A DNA stretch of 24,841 bases from a virus (lineage: Duplodnaviria; Caudoviricetes), in IMG/VR virus record IMGVR_UViG_3300020044_003143, positions 1 through 24,841 of that record, one strand, 5' to 3'. A program made the translations under genes and the position numbers. The notes beneath the pieces are model-generated. The model had not been told where the DNA came from, ran no database searches, and saw only the letters and a program-made list of their open reading frames with translations. How positions within the stretch are numbered: the first letter of the stretch is position 1; each line of letters begins with the position of its first letter. Below are positions 15,980 to 23,530 of the stretch, piece after piece.

Positions 15980-16018
15980 ATATGTTATAATATAGCAACG
16001 CTATCATGTCGGGAGACG
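15980..16018 (+). promoter_or_regulatory. Extended -10 promoter plus GNRA mini-hairpin 6 overlapping the SD
   Basis: ATATGTTATAAT at 15980-15991; TGTC-GGGA-GACG at 16007-16018; ATG at 16021. Confidence 0.65.
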
Positions 16019-16020
16019 CA

Positions 16021-16479
16021 ATGGCACTGGAACACGGAAACCTATCAGTACACGAAGTAACTAGCGACTTAGAGCTATATGATATATGGCCTGAGATTCG
16101 AGTCGGCATCAATGCCATGCGCGCTAAGTGTCCAGACATGCTTGATTATCCAGAGCATATATTCCACGAAATCAAACTTAAGCAATCAAAACTTCTTGTT
16201 GCCAACATAGAGGGCGCTTACGCTGGCTTCTTTACTGTCAAGACGGTTGATTGTGCAGATGGGCATGGGCTTCTAATTGCACTCATTCACAACGCTAGTA
16301 CCGATCCAGATTATCTATATAACTTCTTCAAGATCATTGAGGAACTCGTAAAAATTACAGGATATAGGCGCGCAACTTTTGCACTTACTCGCAAGGGCTG
16401 GCTACCGGCACTCAATAAACTCGGCTATAACTCAAAAAATAGCGTCACTTATCAAACTATAGAGGCTTCACATGTTTAA
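16021..16479 (+). CDS. GNAT-fold virion assembly protein (P22 gp14/T7 gp13 position)
   Basis: GAYAGFF, GLLIALIH, TRKGWLPALNKLGY pattern; lies directly before the ejection genes; ATG 16021 is 5 nt after GGGAG. Confidence 0.6.
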   Translation: MALEHGNLSVHEVTSDLELYDIWPEIRVGINAMRAKCPDMLDYPEHIFHEIKLKQSKLLVANIEGAYAGFFTVKTVDCADGHGLLIALIHNASTDPDYLYNFFKIIEELVKITGYRRATFALTRKGWLPALNKLGYNSKNSVTYQTIEASHV

Positions 16480-17623
16480 AATAAAAAACCTGACTGCTTT
16501 TTTCATTACCTATTTTTGCCCAAGGTTTTATGGCTCACCACCATCTCCAGCGGCTAACACCACATCATCAACCACAACCACAACCACCCCTTGGTCAGGA
16601 GCTTCTAAATATCTGACCAACAAAAATAGTACATACAATAACGCTACTGGGATGTTCGAATCAAACGGTAAAGGACCTATGGGGCTTTATGAGGAAATAG
16701 GAAACTATGCGAATCAATACTCAGACCTAACACCAGAACAAAAAGCATTGCAAGCTGGAAATGATTCAAATCTTGCTGCACGATACGGCACTATGAATGG
16801 GCTGTATGGCGACTCAACAAAACTAGGCAATAGTATTGCAGGAGGTGCTTACAATACTAATTTTGGGCCTGTTGCTGATGTTAATTTTGGCAAGTCAATG
16901 TCGGCATTGGGGGCAATGGACCCAACCAATGCAATGGCTAATGTGTTGCGTGGCGACCCTACGAATAATCCATATCTTGCTGCGATGAATCAGGGTAATG
17001 TTAATACAGCAATGCGTGGTTATAACGATGCTATACAAAATGTTAATCAGCAAGTTATGCCAGGCATTAATAACGATGCGTTTGCAGCCGGGCAATATGG
17101 CGGTAGTCGTCAAGGTATCGCGCAAGGATTAGCTTTGCAAGGAATGGATAGGAGCGCAAGAGATTTAGGTATAGCGGCAATGGATAGCGGAAATCAGCTA
17201 TACGGATCAGCTTTCCAAAATGCACAAAATAATCAAGCAAATGCAGCTAATCAGATGACTGGCTACGGATTACAAAACGGTCAATTCAATGCCAATCTAG
17301 GCTTGGAAAACAACAAGCTACAATTGCTACAGAATGCCCAAAATATGAGCAATGTAATGGCCGGTAATGAGTTAAATAATACCGCTGCAACGCGATTGTT
17401 TGCAGGCCAAGATCAAACTTATGGATCGCAGATGAGCAGTGCTAACTTAGCGCAACAACAAGCACTAGACATGCTTAATATGAAACTTGGAGCCTTAACG
17501 CCTGGCGCTAACATGGGAAGCAGTGCAACGACATCAACTCCCTACTATGACAACACATTAGGCAATATAGCTGGTATGGCATCCGGTGCTGGTGGCTTAA
17601 TCTCAGCATTGAAAGGACCATAA
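16472..17623 (+). CDS. Ejection (DNA transfer) protein 1
   Basis: TTTTTPW, NPYL, YGGSRQGIAQG motifs; Asn/Gln/Ala/Gly-rich helical composition; glycine-zipper-like C-terminus. Confidence 0.75.
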   Translation: MFKIKNLTAFFITYFCPRFYGSPPSPAANTTSSTTTTTTPWSGASKYLTNKNSTYNNATGMFESNGKGPMGLYEEIGNYANQYSDLTPEQKALQAGNDSNLAARYGTMNGLYGDSTKLGNSIAGGAYNTNFGPVADVNFGKSMSALGAMDPTNAMANVLRGDPTNNPYLAAMNQGNVNTAMRGYNDAIQNVNQQVMPGINNDAFAAGQYGGSRQGIAQGLALQGMDRSARDLGIAAMDSGNQLYGSAFQNAQNNQANAANQMTGYGLQNGQFNANLGLENNKLQLLQNAQNMSNVMAGNELNNTAATRLFAGQDQTYGSQMSSANLAQQQALDMLNMKLGALTPGANMGSSATTSTPYYDNTLGNIAGMASGAGGLISALKGP

Positions 17624-18042
17624 TGAGTAGCCTAGCTCTGCAAGGCAATATGCCGGAGATTCTTGCTTTAGAGAAGATCATATTAACGCTTGAGCAAGTA
17701 GAGTGTCCGATCTCGCATTATCAGATTGAAGGTGTTTATTGTCGCTCTATGTTTATTCCGGCAGGAACAGTCATAACAGGCGCTATTCATAACAAAGAAA
17801 ATATTTCGATACTGGCTCAAGGGACAATTCGAATAACAAATGGCACAGAGTCAAAGCTAATATCAGCGCCTTATATTATGGTGGATCAACCCGGTATTAA
17901 AAGGCTCGGTGTCTCTGAAACAGACGTAACTTTTATCAACGTATGGCGTACTGATACAAATGATCTTGATGAGATTGAGAAAGAGATCAGGTCAGATACG
18001 TTTGAAGAATATGAGCAGAAACTTTTAGGAGCATTGGAATGA
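17623..18042 (+). CDS. Cupin-fold phage protein
   Basis: H...GVYCRSMFIPAGTVITGAIH...ILAQG...PGIKR...TDLDEIE-like pattern of a common phage cupin family. Confidence 0.65.
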   Translation: MSSLALQGNMPEILALEKIILTLEQVECPISHYQIEGVYCRSMFIPAGTVITGAIHNKENISILAQGTIRITNGTESKLISAPYIMVDQPGIKRLGVSETDVTFINVWRTDTNDLDEIEKEIRSDTFEEYEQKLLGALE

Positions 18043-18773
18043 CAATATTTGCATCGGCAGCGGCAATTGGATCAAGTTTACTTTCATCAGCATTAGGCGC
18101 TGGTATAGTTGGAGGGGTTGGTACTGGCGCATTAGGTCTATCAGCAGGTGCAATTGGCGCAGCAGGATCAGCGCTAGGGGCTGGCGTAGCTGGTGGAGCA
18201 TTAGGGGCTGGTGTCGGAGCTATTTCGGCTGCTGCTCAAGGACAGGACGTAGGGAAAGGCGCTTTAATGGGTGGCTTAACAGGTGCGGCTGGTGGAGGAT
18301 TAGTGGGCGGCATAAGTGGTGCAGCTGGAGGCGCGGCAGGTGGTGGTGCTGGAGGCGCGGCAGGTGGTGGGGCTGGAGGTGTTGGCAGTACAGGTACAAC
18401 CGTAGGAACAGGTGGTAGCGCACTAGCGCCAGTAGCAGAAACAGGTGTCCCAGCGGCACAAATGTCAACAACTGTACCAGGCTCAGTGATGCCACAAACA
18501 GCTTTAGATGCTGCAATATCAGGCGCACCCAATGCAGTAACTCCAATGGCATCTTCAGTTCTTCCAGCCGCGCCAAGTGCAGGCGGCAGCATGATGCCAA
18601 CGCTTGGACAAGTTGGCACAGGATTACAAGTGGTTGGTAAAGGGGCTGAAATGCTTGCACCTAAACCGCCTCAAGGTGGACCAATTAGACCTGCACCGGT
18701 TATGGCCGCAAGAAATCAAATTCCCTACACTAAGCCTATGCCTCGTGGTATGGGCAGATTCGGAGGCATGTAA
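18039..18773 (+). CDS. Gly/Ala-rich ejection protein with glycine-zipper hydrophobic N-terminus
   Basis: GxxxG-rich N-terminal half, GKGALMGGLTG; ATGA/TAATG couplings within the ejection cluster. Confidence 0.7.
   Translation: MTIFASAAAIGSSLLSSALGAGIVGGVGTGALGLSAGAIGAAGSALGAGVAGGALGAGVGAISAAAQGQDVGKGALMGGLTGAAGGGLVGGISGAAGGAAGGGAGGAAGGGAGGVGSTGTTVGTGGSALAPVAETGVPAAQMSTTVPGSVMPQTALDAAISGAPNAVTPMASSVLPAAPSAGGSMMPTLGQVGTGLQVVGKGAEMLAPKPPQGGPIRPAPVMAARNQIPYTKPMPRGMGRFGGM
18324..18379 (+). repeat. 24-bp-period in-frame tandem repeat
   Basis: gctggaggcgcggcaggtggtgg at 18324-18346 and 18348-18370, plus a partial third copy (AGGAAGGG). Confidence 0.9.
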
Positions 18774-19990
18774 TGGCCGGATTACTCGATTACTTATCTA
18801 ACTTAAAATTTGAGCCTGATGCTAAGAGCATAGGCTTAATGAATATGGGTGCTGATATGTTGGCAGCTAGTGGTTATCACGATAGACCGGTTGGCTTTGG
18901 TGAGACATTAGGTGCTGGATTGCATGGCTTTAATCAAGGCTACATGGCGCAAAAGAATCAAGAAGAGTCTTTGGCAGCAGCAGAACAGAAAAAGCTAACA
19001 GATGCGGCTGATATTAACTATAAAAACGCTCAAGCTAATTATTATAATTCTGGCGGCTCAGGGTCTCAACCCGGTGCGTATTTAATACCACCAAACTCAA
19101 AAGAAGAAACTTTTGGAGGTCAAAAAGGCTATAGAACACCAGAAGGTTATTTCATACCCTCTGTTCACGGTCTAACAGAAAATCAATACCTTAATCTTGA
19201 TCCTGTGCGTCAACAACAAATTGCTGCGGCTAAAGAGGGTGTAAAAACAAATCCAGTTGAAATGTCGGACGGTTCTAAAATACCTATGACTAATAGCCAA
19301 GCAAACCCAAATTATAACTATGGTGGAAGCAATCAAAGTAATCAATTATCTCCTTTAGAGCTAGAGATTAAGCAAAAGATAGAATCAGGTCAAATGACTC
19401 AAGAGCAAGGAATAGCAATTCTTCAACAAAATGCTGCTCCCGGATTGGCTCCTAATGCAAGTGGTATTGGAATAGGGCAATCAACTGAAAGTAAATACAA
19501 CCAACAAAAGACAGGTGAAATTAACGGTGAGGCACAAGCAAAAGCCCAGATTGATTTACCCGGTTCACTGGCGGCTTCTGAGCAACTGAGTAAATTAACC
19601 AACGAAATAGCTAATCATCCTGGCTTACCGGGTGTGGTTGGTATGCCTAACTTTAATGGTGTGATGCCTTTCCCTGGCACTAAAGAAGCTGATTTTAAGG
19701 CGCGTCTTGACCAATTAAAAGGCACAGCATTTCTGCAAGCCTTTGAAAAGCTAAAAGGTGGTGGTGCAGTATCTGAAAGAGAAGGGCAACAAGCAACCGC
19801 AGCCCTAGCCAGATTACAGACTTCGCAAACAGAGAAGGAATTTAAAAAGAGTTTGCAAGACTTTAATAATGTTATGGCTGGTGTTACTGACAGATTAAAA
19901 GTTAGAGCAAATGGCGGTGTTCAGCAGCCACAAGCATCTCAATCGCAACCGTCTATTGATGATCTGGTTAATCATTACGGAGCTAAATAA
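18773..19990 (+). CDS. Ejection (DNA transfer) protein, P22 gp20-like
   Basis: C-terminal PGTKEADFKARLDQLKGTAFLQAFEKLKGGGAVSEREG motif; SD GGAGG. Confidence 0.75.
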   Translation: MAGLLDYLSNLKFEPDAKSIGLMNMGADMLAASGYHDRPVGFGETLGAGLHGFNQGYMAQKNQEESLAAAEQKKLTDAADINYKNAQANYYNSGGSGSQPGAYLIPPNSKEETFGGQKGYRTPEGYFIPSVHGLTENQYLNLDPVRQQQIAAAKEGVKTNPVEMSDGSKIPMTNSQANPNYNYGGSNQSNQLSPLELEIKQKIESGQMTQEQGIAILQQNAAPGLAPNASGIGIGQSTESKYNQQKTGEINGEAQAKAQIDLPGSLAASEQLSKLTNEIANHPGLPGVVGMPNFNGVMPFPGTKEADFKARLDQLKGTAFLQAFEKLKGGGAVSEREGQQATAALARLQTSQTEKEFKKSLQDFNNVMAGVTDRLKVRANGGVQQPQASQSQPSIDDLVNHYGAK

Positions 19991-21573
19991 TGGCGACCCA
20001 AGAAGAGATTGGTATTGCTTTACAAAACGCACACGCAGCCGGTGACACGGAAGCAGCGACTCGATTAGCGCAAGCCTACAAAGCACTTAACATTGATGTG
20101 CCAATAGATAGTCATCCTGTTATGGATGCTGTACGAGGCTTTGCTAATCGTGGCAATCAAGCGATGACGGCATTAAACCCATTTGCTACCCAAGAAGATT
20201 TAGATAAACGCGCAGCAGAACAACAGTGGGTTAATGAGAGACCTTGGGCGCAAGGTGGGCAGATGGGTGCTGATATGGTGATGACGGCTCCTGTTGGTGG
20301 TTTGGCATCAGCACCAGCAAGAGCAGTGGGTTCTGGTGTGATAGAAGCCTTAACGACACCGGGCGATACTTCTAAAAGAGCTGATGCTTTTAATTACGGC
20401 ACGATAGGTGCTGGAGTAGGAGAGGGCGTAGGTAAAACAGCAGAGTTTTTGCTGAATCCATTTAAGAAAATAGCGAGTCCGATTAAAGATAAATTAATAC
20501 AGCAAGCTGAGGACTTAGGGATTAAATTAAACGCTGCTCAAGCTACAGGTAATAAAACACTTGGGTACATGGACTCAGCATTGGATTATATTCCCTCGTC
20601 ATCCGTTATGCAGCATGAAGCAAAAGACGCACAACGCACAGCATGGCAAAAAGCCTTATTTAAACAAGGCGGTGAAAATGCGGATAATGCCTCAGCTATG
20701 GGTGATATGAAAAGACGCATATCAGGCGACTATACCGATGTTTCGTCAAGAAATAATATCACCGTCGATCAAAAGCTAAAAGATGCCCTAGATGCTATTG
20801 GAAGCGATAGAAACATGAACATTATGGATGTGAATAAGCGTACGATTATTTCTCAATACCTACAAGACTTTAATCAACCAGTAGGAAGCACTTTTAGTGG
20901 TCAGGGCTATCAAAACACCCGATCCATGTTAGATAAACAGTACAAGTCACTTAAAAACTCTAATCCAGCAGAGGCAGATTCATTAAAAGGTATTCGTGAT
21001 TCTATCGACTCTGCAATGAGTAGAAGTGTATCACCGGAAGATGCGGCTAAATGGGCTAAGGCTAACAATGACTGGTCTGTTATGAAGTCAATCGAGAAAG
21101 GTGTTAATCCGACTACCGGAGAAATTAGCCCTAATCTATTAATGAATGGGCTAAAACAACGTAATCCTGACAGTGTTATCTATGGTAATGGTCCACAAGA
21201 ACTAAATAATATTGCTAAGGTAGGTAAAGAGTTTATTGCTCCACAATTACCAGACTCAGGATCAGCGCAAAGAGCTGCGATGATTAAGATGTTAACAAGC
21301 CTTCCAGCTGCCGGTGCTTTAGGTGGCACAGGTGGATTTGCTTATACTCACGATCCAGTTGATGCTTTAGGTACTGCTGGTGCTTCTATGCTTGGAGCCG
21401 TATTGATACCCAAGCAAGCAGCAAAATTAATGCTGAAAGACGGAGGTTACCTGTCAAAAGGACTCCTAGACTTATCAAAAGAATCTTTGCCAGGAGTGTC
21501 GAGAAAAGGGCTTTTAGAGTTTTTAACACGACAATCAGGACTCCAGACAGGTAATGAGATGATGAGGCAATAA
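19990..21573 (+). CDS. Ejection (DNA transfer) protein, last of the cluster
   Basis: ALQNAHAAGDTEAATRLA N-terminus, LNAAQATG, PDSGSAQR, hydrophobic Gly-rich C-terminal segments. Confidence 0.75.
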   Translation: MATQEEIGIALQNAHAAGDTEAATRLAQAYKALNIDVPIDSHPVMDAVRGFANRGNQAMTALNPFATQEDLDKRAAEQQWVNERPWAQGGQMGADMVMTAPVGGLASAPARAVGSGVIEALTTPGDTSKRADAFNYGTIGAGVGEGVGKTAEFLLNPFKKIASPIKDKLIQQAEDLGIKLNAAQATGNKTLGYMDSALDYIPSSSVMQHEAKDAQRTAWQKALFKQGGENADNASAMGDMKRRISGDYTDVSSRNNITVDQKLKDALDAIGSDRNMNIMDVNKRTIISQYLQDFNQPVGSTFSGQGYQNTRSMLDKQYKSLKNSNPAEADSLKGIRDSIDSAMSRSVSPEDAAKWAKANNDWSVMKSIEKGVNPTTGEISPNLLMNGLKQRNPDSVIYGNGPQELNNIAKVGKEFIAPQLPDSGSAQRAAMIKMLTSLPAAGALGGTGGFAYTHDPVDALGTAGASMLGAVLIPKQAAKLMLKDGGYLSKGLLDLSKESLPGVSRKGLLEFLTRQSGLQTGNEMMRQ

Positions 21574-21879
21574 TTACTCTGGAATCATTCCCGGTGGCAC
21601 AGGCATATTGGGATCAACTTCATCATGGCGCGGTGGTTCACCAAAGCCGCCATAAGGGTTATTAGGCGATTGTTGGCTATATTTAGAGCCATATTGTGAG
21701 TATGGGTTGTTAATGCTTGTCTGTGAATAAACAGATCCATAAGGACCATATGGATTACTTGTTGAGTTTATGGCGTAAGGATTACTCGATAGCTCTCCTA
21801 AATAAGTTCCATCAGGTGCTACCAATGAAACTGCAAAAGTTGAGTTGCTGATTAGTAGTAGTGCGATAAATGTTTTCAT
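21574..21879 (-). CDS. Secreted NPYG/YGS-repeat protein (paralogue A)
   Basis: Sec signal MKTFIALLLISNSTFA; YLGELSSNPY...NPYGPYGSVYS...NNPYSQYGSKYS...NNPY; AGGA SD. Confidence 0.8.
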   Translation of the reverse strand: MKTFIALLLISNSTFAVSLVAPDGTYLGELSSNPYAINSTSNPYGPYGSVYSQTSINNPYSQYGSKYSQQSPNNPYGGFGEPPRHDEVDPNMPVPPGMIPE

Positions 21880-21949
21880 GCGTTTTCCTATAATGTCAAT
21901 GGTGCGAATGGTGCGAATTTAAAAATTGACAGTTTTGACAGTAATTTTG

Positions 21950-22069
21950 TTATTCCCACATTCTGAGATGTTTATAGCAGTATTCACAAATCTTCAGATT
22001 GAGTTTAGCGTACTCTTTAAATCTGTTACATTTGTGTTCTGGTTTGAACCAGTTAAATAGTTTTTTCAT
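21950..22069 (-). CDS. Small Cys/His protein, 39 aa
   Basis: GGGGG SD before ATG 22069; MKKLFNWFKPEHKC...KICEYCYKH; the longer start in the ORF track overlaps the integrase. Confidence 0.5.
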   Translation of the reverse strand: MKKLFNWFKPEHKCNRFKEYAKLNLKICEYCYKHLRMWE

Positions 22070-22076
22070 AATCCCC

Positions 22077-23087
22077 CTAAATATCAATATCCCCTGGATT
22101 TGTATTGCAGTATCTCTGCAAAGTTTTCCAGCTCGAATGTAAAGTGATTTGTTGGACATCAACTATTGATAATCCTTTCTCAAATAGACGGCTGGTAGCT
22201 TCATGACGCATATCATGAAAATGCAGATTATCTATCTGTAGTAATCGACAGGCATTAGTAAAGTAAGTGCAAATAGTTTTAGTAGTATAAGGAAACACAC
22301 GCTCATCAATCTTTGGTTGCCTCATGATGATCTTATAAGCACTCAATGGCATCTTTGCTCTTTTGTTAATAACTCGTTTCAATGGGTCTTTTAGCCCATA
22401 AACCACATACGTTCTATCTTCATGACGAATGTCGTCCCATTTAATCCGCATAATCTCAGACTGTCTACGGGCTGAATAGATAGCAAACCACATCAAATGA
22501 AGCATGGGGATATTCATGCCATCAAAGTGCCTAGATAGCGCCCATAACTCCTCCTTGGTAGGCCTCCTATCCCTTGCCACAGATGAAGCGATAAGACCAT
22601 GCTCGCTCAATATCCGTCTAGCCTCATCAAAAATACCCATGTTAAATTCTAGCTTGTGCATACCAGACATGGTTTGGATAACACCAGATAGCCATATCAG
22701 ATCATTCTTGGCGGTCTGAGGTTTACAAACTTCATTTCTTAGTTGTATGTGCTTAACTAAATCTTTAACTGTTAGTTTATGAACATCAATATTGCAAATA
22801 TCTCTAGTCCTTAATCCTTTTAAGTCAGATTTCTTAGTACGACCTTCTGGGCTGAATAGGTTTATGTATTCATCAATTAGAGTGCCAATCGAAAGATAAT
22901 CTTTCTTAGCATAGACATTTGTATTCTGTAACTCTAATTCTCTACGCAATCCCCAGTCTTTTGCCAACTTAGATTTTAAGAAGGTTTTTGATTGTCGATG
23001 AATTACAATACCGTCTTTACGAATAACAATCTCGCACTTGTATTTTATTGTTCCATCTGCAAGTGTGTATTTTCTTATTGAAGCCAT
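22077..23087 (-). CDS. int: Tyrosine recombinase, dusA-associated integrase
   Basis: Catalytic R (ARRQSEI), K (LKDP), HxxR (FHDMRHEATSRLFE), H (LHSSW), Y (LQRY); adjacent dusA fragment. Confidence 0.93.
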   Translation of the reverse strand: MASIRKYTLADGTIKYKCEIVIRKDGIVIHRQSKTFLKSKLAKDWGLRRELELQNTNVYAKKDYLSIGTLIDEYINLFSPEGRTKKSDLKGLRTRDICNIDVHKLTVKDLVKHIQLRNEVCKPQTAKNDLIWLSGVIQTMSGMHKLEFNMGIFDEARRILSEHGLIASSVARDRRPTKEELWALSRHFDGMNIPMLHLMWFAIYSARRQSEIMRIKWDDIRHEDRTYVVYGLKDPLKRVINKRAKMPLSAYKIIMRQPKIDERVFPYTTKTICTYFTNACRLLQIDNLHFHDMRHEATSRLFEKGLSIVDVQQITLHSSWKTLQRYCNTNPGDIDI

Positions 23088-23092
23088 AATCA

Positions 23093-23280
23093 GTCCGCAT
23101 GAAATTTGATGCGGACATTATGCGGACATATATATCTAAAACGCAAGATTTTAATCTATTTTAAACCATGATAAACCTAGATAAACCAAGTCATCGCTTC
23201 TGTGTTGCCCCAATGCTGGATTGGACAAATACGTCATATATCATAGGGCTTACAGGGTTTCATGCGGACTTGGTGCGGAC
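23093..23280. other. attP region: five TGCGGAC arm-like sites around the dusA core
   Basis: TGCGGAC at 23093-23099 (inverted), 23110-23116, 23121-23127, 23263-23269 and 23274-23280. Confidence 0.8.
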
Positions 23281-23287
23281 TACTTAA
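23168..23287 (+). pseudogene. dusA: Phage-borne 5' fragment of dusA (replacement N-terminus, att core)
   Basis: MINLDKPSHRFCVAPMLDWT, then unrelated residues and a stop at 23285-23287; RFxVAPMLDWT is the conserved DusA N-terminal motif. Confidence 0.88.
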
Positions 23288-23302
23288 GGTTATCCACAGG
23301 TT

Positions 23303-23530
23303 TTATGACCTTGACCGGCTATCTAAAACATCAGCTAGTTGGTCAATATCGACAAGCCAAGGCGATTTTGCAGATCCCATTCTAAATGCTTTTATACCGC
23401 CTAATTCATTTTTGATTGCCATTTTAGAAATGACACTCGGATCGCTAATACCCAAATATTCAGTTGATATTTGGAGTAGTGGAATAAACTTTTTACCGTA
23501 CTGCTTGAATAATGCTTCAGATGTTTTCAT
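23303..23530 (-). CDS. PrtN-family (pyocin activator-like) DNA-binding protein, probable excisionase
   Basis: MKT...LFKQYG...IPL..I...YLG...AFRMGSAKSPWLVDIDQLADVLD pattern; directly adjacent to attP. Confidence 0.75.
   Translation of the reverse strand: MKTSEALFKQYGKKFIPLLQISTEYLGISDPSVISKMAIKNELGGIKAFRMGSAKSPWLVDIDQLADVLDSRSRS

Noticed and set aside
16895-20086. ORFs 16895-17125, 18220-18660, 18236-18619, 18604-18801, 19895-20086
   Set aside because: Shadow frames of Gly/Ala-rich ejection genes
22077-23087. Recombinase as a shufflon Rci invertase
   Set aside because: The C-terminal motifs resemble Rci, but I saw no inverted sfx-like repeats or invertible fibre cassettes, and the adjacent dusA core explains it as an integrase
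23093-23280. Short repeats as a CRISPR array or replication iterons
   Set aside because: Repeats are 7-9 bp with no spacer periodicity and no adjacent rep or cas gene; their layout fits integrase arm sites
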